Source: a virus (lineage: Duplodnaviria; Caudoviricetes). Taken from it: a stretch of 64,000 nucleotides of DNA. Of this stretch, positions 1-8,414 are shown piece by piece. The translations under genes and the position numbers were made by a program. The stretch is from positions 96,001-160,000 of the IMG/VR virus record IMGVR_UViG_3300047469_000103, one strand, 5' to 3'. The notes below the pieces were generated by a model. That model saw nothing but the letters and a program-made list of their open reading frames with translations. It did not search any database and had not been told where the DNA came from. How positions within the stretch are numbered: position 1 is the stretch's first letter; every line of letters begins with the position of its first letter.

Positions 1-227
1 GGGAAAGTGTCCCAACCTTCCACCTTTTCGGGAACGGTGGTAAGGCTGGGGAAGTCAGGCGGTGATGGCGGCACAAAAGAAACGCTCAGACTTTTCTCTG
101 ATTTCTTTTTGACTTTTGTTACGCTGCCATCGGGATTGCGTCCAAGCTCTTTTGCAAGCTTGGCAATGCGCGCCTGTTCGCGTATTTTATCTTGCTTCTT
201 TTGCTGCTGTTGCTTACGCGTAAGCAT
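1..227 (-). CDS. Basic hypothetical protein, 5' part only (runs off window start)
   Basis: Not in ORF track; ATG at 227 after GGAGGCG RBS; reads MLTRKQQQQKQDKIREQARIAK... open to base 1. Confidence 0.75.
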   Translation of the reverse strand, partial: MLTRKQQQQKKQDKIREQARIAKLAKELGRNPDGSVTKVKKKSEKSLSVSFVPPSPPDFPSLTTVPEKVEGWDTF

Positions 228-240
228 ACAGCGCCTCCCT

Positions 241-471
241 TCAGTCGATATGGTCACTCATGCGCAGAATGATTTCGTCTGCCATTCCACGACTGCCATA
301 TTCTTTGCCGTCGATGGTTTGTGTACCTTGGCACGTGATGAACATCGACTGCACTTTGGCAACGCCCGCACTGACGATTTTACCCGGCAGTGTCAGCATG
401 TCAAAATCCAGATCGTCGCCAACAATAACCGGTACTTCTTTGTCGCCCACTTTCAGAATAACGTATTTCAT
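241..471 (-). CDS. Hypothetical phage protein (76 aa)
   Basis: ORF with GAGG RBS; MKYVI..PVI..SAG..C.G..SR pattern typical of small phage proteins. Confidence 0.8.
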   Translation of the reverse strand: MKYVILKVGDKEVPVIVGDDLDFDMLTLPGKIVSAGVAKVQSMFITCQGTQTIDGKEYGSRGMADEIILRMSDHID

Positions 472-478
472 AATTACC

Positions 479-721
479 TCAGTGCTGTGTGTGACTTGCC
501 CATTCTAACAAATCGGTCATTTCATCATAACCAATTTGCGCCGAGTTATGCGTTATGACAAAAGCGGAGTCTGTAAGCTCTGCAACGATTTCAAAAGTTC
601 CGGGTAGCTCTCGCGGAATCGCGACAACATAGAATCCGCCGTGCTTTTTGATATCGGTTGCGCGCACTGTGATATTGTCGAAAGCTTCCCGTTGCCGGGA
701 CGCGTATATCTTTGTAACCAT
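479..721 (-). CDS. Hypothetical protein (80 aa)
   Basis: Tiles with neighbours. Confidence 0.75.
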   Translation of the reverse strand: MVTKIYASRQREAFDNITVRATDIKKHGGFYVVAIPRELPGTFEIVAELTDSAFVITHNSAQIGYDEMTDLLEWASHTQH

Positions 722-783
722 AGCAATTCTCTTTCTACTCGTGTAGCCATCGTTATCCCCACGCCAATTGGCGGTGTTACAAA

Positions 784-1227
784 TTAAGAATAGCGGATGT
801 ATTGACGCGGTTGTGGATTACCTTCAACCACTTTGAAACGGTCGGAATTTTTATTGATCCAGTTGGAGAACGGCGTGCCCCAGCCGCGCATCTGGTCTTC
901 AGTGACCATAACCACTTTTGCGTTTGGCAGCGTTTCGATTACGTCGAACATCGTGAACGGTTTGTCCAAAGGCATTGCGAACGCCAGCGGATAAACTTCT
1001 TGAATTGCGACTTTTTCTTCGACTGGAACTACAACCGTTTTGCCGCCGCCGACACTGCCGGTATCTTTCACAGCTTGCAGGGTTGCACGTACTGCGTTTT
1101 CTTTGCTGTCGTGATGCAGTTCGATCAGGTCGGTCAGCGCATCGTCAAATTGCAGACCGGTTTCTTCGCCGTGCTTCAAAACAATTTGCAGATGTTTGTT
1201 ATTCAGGTCTACGAAAACTTTTGTCAT
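784..1227 (-). CDS. Hypothetical protein; C-terminal DUF1413-like winged-helix domain possible
   Basis: GGAG RBS; C-terminal FTMFDV...WGTPFSNWINKN...F...QY resembles DUF1413 pattern (by eye). Confidence 0.7.
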   Translation of the reverse strand: MTKVFVDLNNKHLQIVLKHGEETGLQFDDALTDLIELHHDSKENAVRATLQAVKDTGSVGGGKTVVVPVEEKVAIQEVYPLAFAMPLDKPFTMFDVIETLPNAKVVMVTEDQMRGWGTPFSNWINKNSDRFKVVEGNPQPRQYIRYS

Positions 1228-1275
1228 TTTCTATTGCTCCGAGTTACAGGGAATCCCAAAGGGACATTAGGCGGT

Positions 1276-1485
1276 TTACTTCGTCGGCGTGTCCACGTGT
1301 TCCCAATCCACTTTTAGGAGCCGCACTTTTAATAGGCGTGCGAGCTTCCGGCTTTCGGTTGGGTTGAACTGGCGCGCTCTGAGTCTGCTTTTGCATGTTA
1401 AAATCTGCGTCTCTTCAATTGCATAAATGTAAGTGCCGTTTGCTAGCACTGCCACGTATTTACAGTTTTCGTCGATGGTGTCCAT
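1276..1485 (-). CDS. Small protein (69 aa) of the dispersed A-x2-F/Y paralogue family
   Basis: Start moved to ATG at 1485 (GGAGG RBS); KYVAVLANGTYIY...T...RARQF. Confidence 0.75.
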   Translation of the reverse strand: MDTIDENCKYVAVLANGTYIYAIEETQILTCKSRLRARQFNPTESRKLARLLKVRLLKVDWEHVDTPTK

Positions 1486-1487
1486 GT

Positions 1488-1502
1488 GCCCTCCGAAGAG
1501 GC
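1488..1502 (-). promoter_or_regulatory. C(UUCG)G hairpin overlapping the GGAGG Shine-Dalgarno of 1276..1485
   Basis: Minus strand GCCTC-TTCG-GAGGGC directly before cacATG. Confidence 0.5.
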
Positions 1503-2150
1503 TTAGACCACAGTTGCGAACGATGCCATGCGTGCTTCTAACGTCTTTGCCCAAATGCGTTTAGCTGGTTCGGTGAACATCGTTTGGCTGTTAAGGAAAT
1601 CAACCTGTGCCTTTGCGAACTCGGGCGCGGTCATATTCATTTGCAATTCACCACGCAAGTCGTGCGCCAGCGTTTGGATGTGAAACGGTTCGATACTTTC
1701 CATCAAATCCGCATCGCGCAAAACTTCTTGCAGGATGCCGACCGGTTCAATCACGAACGGGTATTCCGTGCATTCGATCATCTTGGCAATGTCTTGAATG
1801 GCGGTACGCGTGAAGTAATCGAGAACAGGCGGTGCGATGAACAGATGCGCAATTGCGATTTTGATATTCGTGCGATCAGGACGTTTGCCGGTGTGGCCGA
1901 AGTCATGGAACAACGCGGCACAAATCAGCATTGCCAAATCACGCTGCAAACGCCAGCCGTTAGCGATCAACAATTCAACGCAGCGCAGCGCAGTACGAAC
2001 GCAGTGCGGCGGGTTGTGATACAGGTTGCCGTGTTCGTCGCCTTCCAGCAAAACGTACTCGTAAATTTCACGCATTTTCAACTGGTCGATAATTTCTTCG
2101 AACAGCGCCATGCGATAATCTGCGACGACTTGTAATTCCAGATTGCTCAT
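1503..2150 (-). CDS. HD-domain metal-dependent phosphohydrolase, cyclic-nucleotide phosphodiesterase-like
   Basis: YHNPPH, ALFHDFGHTG...N and LRDADL motifs match HD/class-I PDE architecture. Confidence 0.85.
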   Translation of the reverse strand: MSNLELQVVADYRMALFEEIIDQLKMREIYEYVLLEGDEHGNLYHNPPHCVRTALRCVELLIANGWRLQRDLAMLICAALFHDFGHTGKRPDRTNIKIAIAHLFIAPPVLDYFTRTAIQDIAKMIECTEYPFVIEPVGILQEVLRDADLMESIEPFHIQTLAHDLRGELQMNMTAPEFAKAQVDFLNSQTMFTEPAKRIWAKTLEARMASFATVV

Positions 2151-2609
2151 TTAGTTCACTCCAATGAATTGCATGTGTGCAATAACCAACTGACTAGCAG
2201 CGGCGCCAAGCAGCCAACCCAAACCCATCAGGCCGAATGTCCATTTAGTCGAACCGAATTCACGACGCGCCAATTTCCAGCGATTTGCTTGGGTCATCAA
2301 AATGCCGTCTTCGACTGGTGGCAAATAACTGGTCTTTTCGAAATGTTGCAAAACCGGAATGAGACTTTTCACTTGTGCCTGAGTCAAGTGCATGCGCGTG
2401 TTCATCATGACTTCCACACCTTCTGGAAATTCATACGGCGCCCAACCTTTGCCGGGGATCAAATGACGCGGATTCGATTCTTCAAAGCCCAGCCAGATAG
2501 CGCCGGGAAACGCCATGCTGCTTTCCTGAATGGAACACTCATTGTTGTAGTGATCCTCGAAAATAACTTTCACAAAACCGCGTTGTGTTTTGTCTGCTTC
2601 CAAATTCAT
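2151..2609 (-). CDS. Conserved phage protein (RGF..D.Y..CSIQESS..IWLG..RMHL family) with C-terminal hydrophobic tail
   Basis: Motif string seen directly; last ~25 aa hydrophobic (WTFGLMGLGWLLGAAASQLVIA). Confidence 0.8.
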   Translation of the reverse strand: MNLEADKTQRGFVKVIFEDHYNNECSIQESSMAFPGAIWLGFEESNPRHLIPGKGWAPYEFPEGVEVMMNTRMHLTQAQVKSLIPVLQHFEKTSYLPPVEDGILMTQANRWKLARREFGSTKWTFGLMGLGWLLGAAASQLVIAHMQFIGVN

Positions 2610-2785
2610 TTCATACCCTCAAGTTTGGCACGCCCCGGATACATGAAATACATCATGCCCATTTGCATAAACGACGTGAGTGCGTGGCCCCAACGCGCTG
2701 TGAGCAATTCCGAAAGCATCACAACAAACAATCCCCAAAACGTCGCGGAGTAAATGTGAAACCACGTGACGTTAGGCCATCGCAT
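2606..2785 (-). CDS. Small membrane protein (59 aa)
   Basis: ATG at 2785 with GAGG upstream; hydrophobic FWGLFVVMLSELL; upstream extension in the track overlaps the next gene. Confidence 0.6.
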   Translation of the reverse strand: MRWPNVTWFHIYSATFWGLFVVMLSELLTARWGHALTSFMQMGMMYFMYPGRAKLEGMK

Positions 2786-3413
2786 TTGATGCGACCTCGA
2801 CGATATGCGCCAGCCTTGCCCGCAACGCTTCTTGCTCTTCAGGACTGACTTCAACCGGTGCCATATCCGCAGCCATTTTCTGCGCGTCTTCTTTCGCTTC
2901 TTCGCGCTCGTGATAATCGCGTGCCGATTTGATGAATTCTTTTTTCCAGTTCGCAAACACTTCCGAGCGGGAACCGACTTCGTTTACGATGCGTAGGCCG
3001 GGGCCAATCATGCGCTTCAGTTTGCGTTTCACCGTGGCGATATCTTTGGAACTGTTCCAGTATTTTCCGCGCACAGTGCCTTGCAGATGTTCGTCTTCTA
3101 CAACCAACAGGTAATCGTAGAACGCGACGAAACGCTGGCCTTTCGCAACGCGCTGATATTCCATGTAGGTCGTCACGTCGAAATCGAAATAATCAGCCAG
3201 TTCGTATTCGTCAGGCGAACTGTAGCAGTAGCCGTTCTTCGACATGAACGACACTTCGTTGATTTCAACTTTCTTGATTACCAGTGTCGCTTTGGCACCA
3301 CGAAACAGTTTGCGAAATTCCGGCATAATCTGAATGAGGTTGCGTTTGTAGCCGTACATATCCCAACCCGGATACTGGTCGGAAAACTCACAAATCTTTT
3401 CAATGCCCGCCAT
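2772..3413 (-). CDS. Hypothetical phage protein (213 aa)
   Basis: MAGIEKICEFS...MYGYKRNLIQ start typical of a large-phage family; tiles. Confidence 0.8.
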   Translation of the reverse strand: MAGIEKICEFSDQYPGWDMYGYKRNLIQIMPEFRKLFRGAKATLVIKKVEINEVSFMSKNGYCYSSPDEYELADYFDFDVTTYMEYQRVAKGQRFVAFYDYLLVVEDEHLQGTVRGKYWNSSKDIATVKRKLKRMIGPGLRIVNEVGSRSEVFANWKKEFIKSARDYHEREEAKEDAQKMAADMAPVEVSPEEQEALRARLAHIVEVASNAMA

Positions 3414-3849
3414 TTGCTCTTACCTTAACAATTCTTTTGATTTCGCCAGCCAACAAAAAACCAGCAATGATGATAACTACCAGCAGACCAATGACGCCGA
3501 ACAACCCGTAGAAAAAACCTATCGACGTGTGTTCACGTTTGTCGATGCTGTACGGCCACAAAACCTCAATTGGTTTATTTCCGTCACGTTCGAATTGACG
3601 ATACAAACTATCGCCAATGCTGTCACTGAAATGCAACCCGGTTTCTCTGTCGATGAAATAACCGTATGTGTTGTAGTAGTGACTCGACTTGTGTTGCGTG
3701 TGTTGCGCTTCGGTGTCAATCATCCGCGCATATCGCATAACTTTTTCGTTGCGGTGCTGGCCTTCCATCACCATCCACACGCAACCCCACGCAGCGAGTT
3801 TCAGCGCTACGATAATCAGCAGCGAATAAATAATTCGTTTGCGTGTCAT
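3400..3849 (-). CDS. Two-TM membrane protein (149 aa)
   Basis: ATGA overlap with upstream stop at 3846; hydrophobic segments at both ends. Confidence 0.8.
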   Translation of the reverse strand: MTRKRIIYSLLIIVALKLAAWGCVWMVMEGQHRNEKVMRYARMIDTEAQHTQHKSSHYYNTYGYFIDRETGLHFSDSIGDSLYRQFERDGNKPIEVLWPYSIDKREHTSIGFFYGLFGVIGLLVVIIIAGFLLAGEIKRIVKVRANGGH

Positions 3850-4073
3850 TTGCGCCCGCTCGTGTCTACCTTGCGATGCTTCCACAGAGCGCCGGTGTAT
3901 TCCAATTGCTTCGCGACTTCTTTGCGCGATCCTTTGTAGCCTTTGACGATTGTGTTCACGGCTTCGACATGCGATTTCGTTTTGCGAAGTTTCGTGTATT
4001 CGTCGAGCCAGTATTCACCCGGACGATTGCGCGTCATCTGTTCGTGCGGCGCAGTTTTCAAAATGTAATTCAT
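3846..4073 (-). CDS. Hypothetical protein (75 aa)
   Basis: Coupled overlaps both sides. Confidence 0.75.
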   Translation of the reverse strand: MNYILKTAPHEQMTRNRPGEYWLDEYTKLRKTKSHVEAVNTIVKGYKGSRKEVAKQLEYTGALWKHRKVDTSGRK

Positions 4074-4417
4074 GCGGTTGCTCGCAGGTCGTCTTCCATT
4101 TCAGCGCCGCGCTTAAAAAGCACGATGTATTCTTTCTGCGATTGAATGTCGCGCAGCTTCATACGACGGGTCGTGGTGCCGGTGCGTGGCTTGTACGAGG
4201 TTTCAACACTCATGAGTTTCAGCCACTCGAAATCGTTACGCAATTTCGAATCAATTTCTTTTGCCAGTGCATTCGAATACGACTGGCGCTCAGTGTAGCC
4301 AAGCATCTTGAAAAACGAATTCGTGCCGATGATGTACGTGTTTGGAATGTTGCAAGAATCCACGTTCATCAGATGGACAACGTTGCCAGTGCGTTCGATC
4401 TTGTGCAGGGCTTTCAT
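4070..4417 (-). CDS. Hypothetical protein (115 aa)
   Basis: Tiles. Confidence 0.75.
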   Translation of the reverse strand: MKALHKIERTGNVVHLMNVDSCNIPNTYIIGTNSFFKMLGYTERQSYSNALAKEIDSKLRNDFEWLKLMSVETSYKPRTGTTTRRMKLRDIQSQKEYIVLFKRGAEMEDDLRATA

Positions 4418-4418
4418 T

Positions 4419-5282
4419 TTATTTGTACTCCGAACCGATAATGTCGAGTTGTTTACGCAGTGCCTTGCGGCGTTTCTTGTGCTGCTTCAAAAGCTCTTTA
4501 CAGATTGCTTCGTGTTTCTTGCCCGCCTCGTGCAGACGCTTATAGCCGAAGTGCAGCGAAACATATTCGCGACCTTCTGGCGTTTCGAACTGCACCATTG
4601 TATGGACGTATTCCGCCATAGCCAATTCTGTGCGCGTCTTGCCGCAGCGATGGCCGAAGCCTTCAGGAATACTGTCGATTGTCAGCAGCGGATTGATTTG
4701 CATCTTTTCCGCGTTTTTCATCAGTTCCTTAAAACGCGTAGGCCAATCAATCGTTGCTTCGAAATCATATTCCACACGAATGTCATCGTCAGCGTGTCCA
4801 ACGATTCCGTCGCCCTTACCTAATCCGCGTGGCAGGTCGAAAAACATCGGTGTAGGCATAGACAACATTCGGTCAATTGCTTGCCGCTGGTGATCGTACA
4901 TTTTATACGGAAAATTCGGTGTTGAAATTCCAAGTACGTGCGGAATCGAACTAGGGAAACCTTGTGTGAGCGCCTTGCCATGTACCACGTCGAAATAACC
5001 GGGCGGATAATCGAATGACATTTCGTCGTCGTGTCCGTGCTTCAACAGGAAATCTTCACGCGTTTGTTCGCGCATCTTTTTCCACTGCTCGCGCTGTTCG
5101 TCAGTCTGCGTCAGGTCTTCGTGTTTACCATCGGCGCCAATCAAACCGATGTAATCAATAAAGCGTGGTTCTGGAATTCCCGCTTCCCGCCGCAGACGTG
5201 ACTGTTCTTGTCCCTTCAAGTATTCCGCAGAGATATCAGCAACGCGGGAAGAAAAGTCGGACGATTTATTGCTGTCAGTCAT
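4419..5282 (-). CDS. Mosaic hypothetical protein with relic SF2-helicase Q-motif/Walker A-like segment
   Basis: YDHQRQAIDRML...DLPRGLGK and a second RCGKT; no further helicase motifs. Confidence 0.75.
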   Translation of the reverse strand: MTDSNKSSDFSSRVADISAEYLKGQEQSRLRREAGIPEPRFIDYIGLIGADGKHEDLTQTDEQREQWKKMREQTREDFLLKHGHDDEMSFDYPPGYFDVVHGKALTQGFPSSIPHVLGISTPNFPYKMYDHQRQAIDRMLSMPTPMFFDLPRGLGKGDGIVGHADDDIRVEYDFEATIDWPTRFKELMKNAEKMQINPLLTIDSIPEGFGHRCGKTRTELAMAEYVHTMVQFETPEGREYVSLHFGYKRLHEAGKKHEAICKELLKQHKKRRKALRKQLDIIGSEYK

Positions 5283-5452
5283 TTCGTTTTATCCTGAACA
5301 ATTTTGCCAGCCTTCTGAATGAGTGCTGCGCGTTTCTTTACGGGAATCGCCTCATACTCTTCATTCAAGGCTTTCACGATTTGTTTAGCATTGCGCCCGC
5401 TCTTCATGTACTGAATGAGTCGGCAGGCAACGTCTTCGGCGGTAACGGTCAT
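5279..5452 (-). CDS. Microprotein (57 aa), not in ORF track
   Basis: MTVTAEDVACRLIQYMKSGRNAKQIVKALNEEYEAIPVKKRAALIQKAGKIVQDKTK; fills the gap exactly with ATGA overlap. Confidence 0.75.
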   Translation of the reverse strand: MTVTAEDVACRLIQYMKSGRNAKQIVKALNEEYEAIPVKKRAALIQKAGKIVQDKTK

Positions 5453-5456
5453 AACG

Positions 5457-5843
5457 TTAAACCTTGTAGTAGTCGCGCAGCTTCGCGATACCTTTGCGGA
5501 AAGTGTCGGTGTACATTTCCACGCGGTTCGGGCGTTCCAGCACGTCGAAACACATTTTGAATTCGTCGGTCGGAACTTGCGCCAGCTTCACAACGGTGTA
5601 CGGCAGTTCGCCGGGAACCAGACGCGAAGTGATTTCTTTTTCCACTGCGCGAATTGCGATTTCGATAACTTCAGAAACCGAATCGCTGGTGTGCGCGTTG
5701 CCGTTGAAATTGAAATGGTTCAAACCGTTTTCTTGTGTCAGGAAATCGGCTGGCTGGCCCGCGCCGTTTTTGTTCTGGTGCGGAGTGCCGATGAACAGGG
5801 TATCAACGATATCGAAAAAACCAGATGCAAAATGGTTGCTCAT
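5457..5843 (-). CDS. Hypothetical protein (128 aa)
   Basis: Start set at TAATG junction (5843), GAAGG RBS. Confidence 0.75.
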   Translation of the reverse strand: MSNHFASGFFDIVDTLFIGTPHQNKNGAGQPADFLTQENGLNHFNFNGNAHTSDSVSEVIEIAIRAVEKEITSRLVPGELPYTVVKLAQVPTDEFKMCFDVLERPNRVEMYTDTFRKGIAKLRDYYKV

Positions 5844-6361
5844 TATTTTACCTTCTTTTTCAGTTCTGTGAGTTTGTGGTCGCGGCACGCTTTCCAAGGA
5901 TCAACGCCGCGCATGCTGTCGCGAAACTTCGTCAGCAGAATTCCGTATTGATCTGCGCCTTTTCCGTTTTTACCGGTGGCCCAAAATTCATCCCATTCGC
6001 CTTTGTGCGAAAGCCGCGCTCTACCGGTTGCCAACAACGCAGCCAGACGATGCGGGTTTTGCATATACGATTCACGAATGGAAATTTCGTGGTTCTTCAA
6101 ACGTTCGGTGTCGTAGGCATCAACCGGAATGCCGCCTGCTTTCTTCGAACCGAAGTGTTTCATTTTGTACGGATCGAATGCCAGCAGAATCTTGTTGCGC
6201 AGGTCGTCACTTTTCTTACTCAGCTTTCGGAACTGGTAGAATTGTTCCTGACATTTCCACATGCGGCCTTTGTAGTAAAACGGCGCGGGCCACATGGCGC
6301 TAAAGATTTCGTTTTCATACGAGTTGAACTCGATTACCTTCTGCTTTTCCTTCGCCATCAA
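5843..6361 (-). CDS. NADAR (YbiA-like) family protein
   Basis: PAPF...W..EQFYQ..K, K..G, QNP...LLATG, D.FW..G...G...G.LL..R motifs of NADAR. Confidence 0.85.
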   Translation of the reverse strand: MMAKEKQKVIEFNSYENEIFSAMWPAPFYYKGRMWKCQEQFYQFRKLSKKSDDLRNKILLAFDPYKMKHFGSKKAGGIPVDAYDTERLKNHEISIRESYMQNPHRLAALLATGRARLSHKGEWDEFWATGKNGKGADQYGILLTKFRDSMRGVDPWKACRDHKLTELKKKVK

Positions 6362-6621
6362 AAAGTCCTGTTGTGGATTTTGTTGTAGGTCTTCACCAGC
6401 ACGAACGCGCCGCTAGTCCATAGTGAATAATCAGTTACCCACTTTTCCAGTTCTGCGATTGCAGCGGCTTCGGAACGGAAACCGTTGAAACCGTTCAAGT
6501 CGGCTTTGTCATAATGCGGGCCTTGCTGTTCCGGCTCAACCAAACGTCCGTCATCCTCAAGCACGCGCCACCAGTAGGTAATTGCCAATACTGGATTTTC
6601 TTCAGGCATCTGTGCCGACAT
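6358..6621 (-). CDS. Hypothetical protein (87 aa)
   Basis: Tiles. Confidence 0.75.
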   Translation of the reverse strand: MSAQMPEENPVLAITYWWRVLEDDGRLVEPEQQGPHYDKADLNGFNGFRSEAAAIAELEKWVTDYSLWTSGAFVLVKTYNKIHNRTF

Positions 6622-7252
6622 AAACGTATTCCTTATTTTTCAAATCAACGCTGACGTGAATTTCTTTTTCTGCCATCTTGTCGATAGCCGCCAACAGTTT
6701 CGGACTCAATTGCAGTCTGCGAATTTCCGGTTCTTTTGTTGTGTCACCATCCGGCCAGACTTTGCACAATTGCGTATTACTGACAACGCCACGCGGGTAC
6801 GAACACGGTTGCGGTTCTGCTGCTGACGTGCGCCCGGTTTCCACGCGTTTAATGCGGCCTACCGATTGTTGAAAGTCAGCAGGTGAAAAACCATTAGCCG
6901 GGAAATGGAACGACTTCGGACGCGGTTTGTACACGCCGAACTTTATCGAATCTTTCGGCAGATTATCCATCGAAGGAATACTGCTGCGGAACGTTTGGCG
7001 AACCGTTTTGCAATGCAGCATCGGCATGCGCCTTTGCAGACGTTTTCGCGACCAATCCCATTTATCGACCAGCCACGAATCCATCGGGTCATCGTGGTTT
7101 GAATACGTGCCGTCAGCATAAAACGTGAGCGATTGAATTTTGCTGTTCACGTAGCATTCACATTCTGCATAAGTTGCAAAACGTTTCGAGCGAATCACGT
7201 GAACGGGTCGAATGAAAACGTGAACCATTTGTCCGGCTTTTGGCAATTTCAT
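6602..7252 (-). CDS. Hypothetical protein with isolated helicase motif VI-like segment
   Basis: FSPADFQQSVGRIKR (QxxGRxxR). Confidence 0.75.
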   Translation of the reverse strand: MKLPKAGQMVHVFIRPVHVIRSKRFATYAECECYVNSKIQSLTFYADGTYSNHDDPMDSWLVDKWDWSRKRLQRRMPMLHCKTVRQTFRSSIPSMDNLPKDSIKFGVYKPRPKSFHFPANGFSPADFQQSVGRIKRVETGRTSAAEPQPCSYPRGVVSNTQLCKVWPDGDTTKEPEIRRLQLSPKLLAAIDKMAEKEIHVSVDLKNKEYVYVGTDA

Positions 7253-7903
7253 TTAGTCACCGTAACTGTCATTGCTGCTGTTGCTTGAGGCCGGTTCCGA
7301 AGGCGATTCACGCGATGGTTCCGGTTCCGACCGGGAAGGCGTGTAGCAGCTTTCCACAGGCGTTTCACGGTGACTTGCTGTACTGGCTACACATTCGGAA
7401 AACGAACGCGCATTTTCTTCACGGTCGCCGCCTGCTTCAACTGCACCCATACGCGGAATGCTTTTGAGAGATTCCACAAAATCATCGTCGGCTTGATTTC
7501 CCGCGAACGCAGACGACATTCCAATTGCAGAAGCCACCATTACCAAATCGTCTACGGTGCGATCTTGCGGCGTTGCAGGTTGCGAATATTGCGTTGCGAA
7601 ACGATGGTCACGTGCCGTTTGCAATTCGGTGCGTTGGCGTGCGCGGTTGCTATCAATTTCAGCAGGCGATTTACCGCGATGGCCTTTGTAGGGCATTGCC
7701 ATTTCTTTTGGCATACCTTCTACGCGTGGCCGTACTGGCTTTTCAACGAACCCCGGAAGACTCGGTTTAATTCGGTTGATATGGCCCAGCGCAACGTCGA
7801 GTGTATGCTCGCCCGGTGTCGGTTTGGTTTCTTCCACAACCGGATCAACTTTTACGGCTTTCGGTTTGATGCGAAACAGCCATTTGAAAAATGCTTTAAT
7901 CAC
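7253..7903 (-). CDS. Hypothetical protein with Ser/Glu/Pro-rich low-complexity tail
   Basis: C-terminal SRSEPEPSRESPSEPASSNSSNDSYGD. Confidence 0.8.
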   Translation of the reverse strand: MIKAFFKWLFRIKPKAVKVDPVVEETKPTPGEHTLDVALGHINRIKPSLPGFVEKPVRPRVEGMPKEMAMPYKGHRGKSPAEIDSNRARQRTELQTARDHRFATQYSQPATPQDRTVDDLVMVASAIGMSSAFAGNQADDDFVESLKSIPRMGAVEAGGDREENARSFSECVASTASHRETPVESCYTPSRSEPEPSRESPSEPASSNSSNDSYGD

Positions 7904-8364
7904 CGCTCTTTCCTCAACAGGTCTTCTTCGATTTGGTCACGCAGAGTCTGCATATATTCCGGCGAAGTGAGACGCGCAACAGACGCCTTCAATTCTTCGT
8001 TATCTTCACGCAGCTTTCGGTTTGCGGTTTTCTGCGAGTCGGTGATAGCGCGCATGTTGCTGACGCTTTGCAGCAGACTTTTAATTAGCAGAATGTACGG
8101 GCCGAGAACTTTCGAATTCTTGAATTTCTTCGCTTCTTTTTCGAAGTCTTCAAGCGGCAACATTTCGATTTCGCCATCCAGCGGTTTAACGTGTGTGCGT
8201 CGATGCGACTTCACAGCGTTACGCCCGAACGCGTCAACGATTGGCTTGGCTGATTCGCCGGTCGTTGCGTCTACAATTTGATTACCGTGATCTTGCAGCA
8301 CCGACGATTGGATATTGCCGTTGCCGTCGATGGAAATAACCGTGTCTTGCGGTTCGTTGCTCAT
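7900..8364 (-). CDS. Hypothetical protein, C-terminal coiled coil
   Basis: Tiles; heptad-like C-terminus. Confidence 0.8.
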   Translation of the reverse strand: MSNEPQDTVISIDGNGNIQSSVLQDHGNQIVDATTGESAKPIVDAFGRNAVKSHRRTHVKPLDGEIEMLPLEDFEKEAKKFKNSKVLGPYILLIKSLLQSVSNMRAITDSQKTANRKLREDNEELKASVARLTSPEYMQTLRDQIEEDLLRKER

Positions 8365-8380
8365 TTAATTGTACCCTTCT

Positions 8381-8410
8381 AACGAGGCGCCCGGTTAAGG
8401 ACGCCCCGCA
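8381..8410 (-). repeat. Intergenic GC hairpin with TTAACC loop, copy 1 of 2
   Basis: Plus strand AACGAGGCGCCCGGTTAAGGACGCCC; near-identical to 15053. Confidence 0.75.
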
Positions 8411-8414
8411 CAAA

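Noticed and set aside
553-762. 69-aa minus-strand ORF
   Set aside because: Overlaps most of 479..721 in another frame; 479..721 tiles better.
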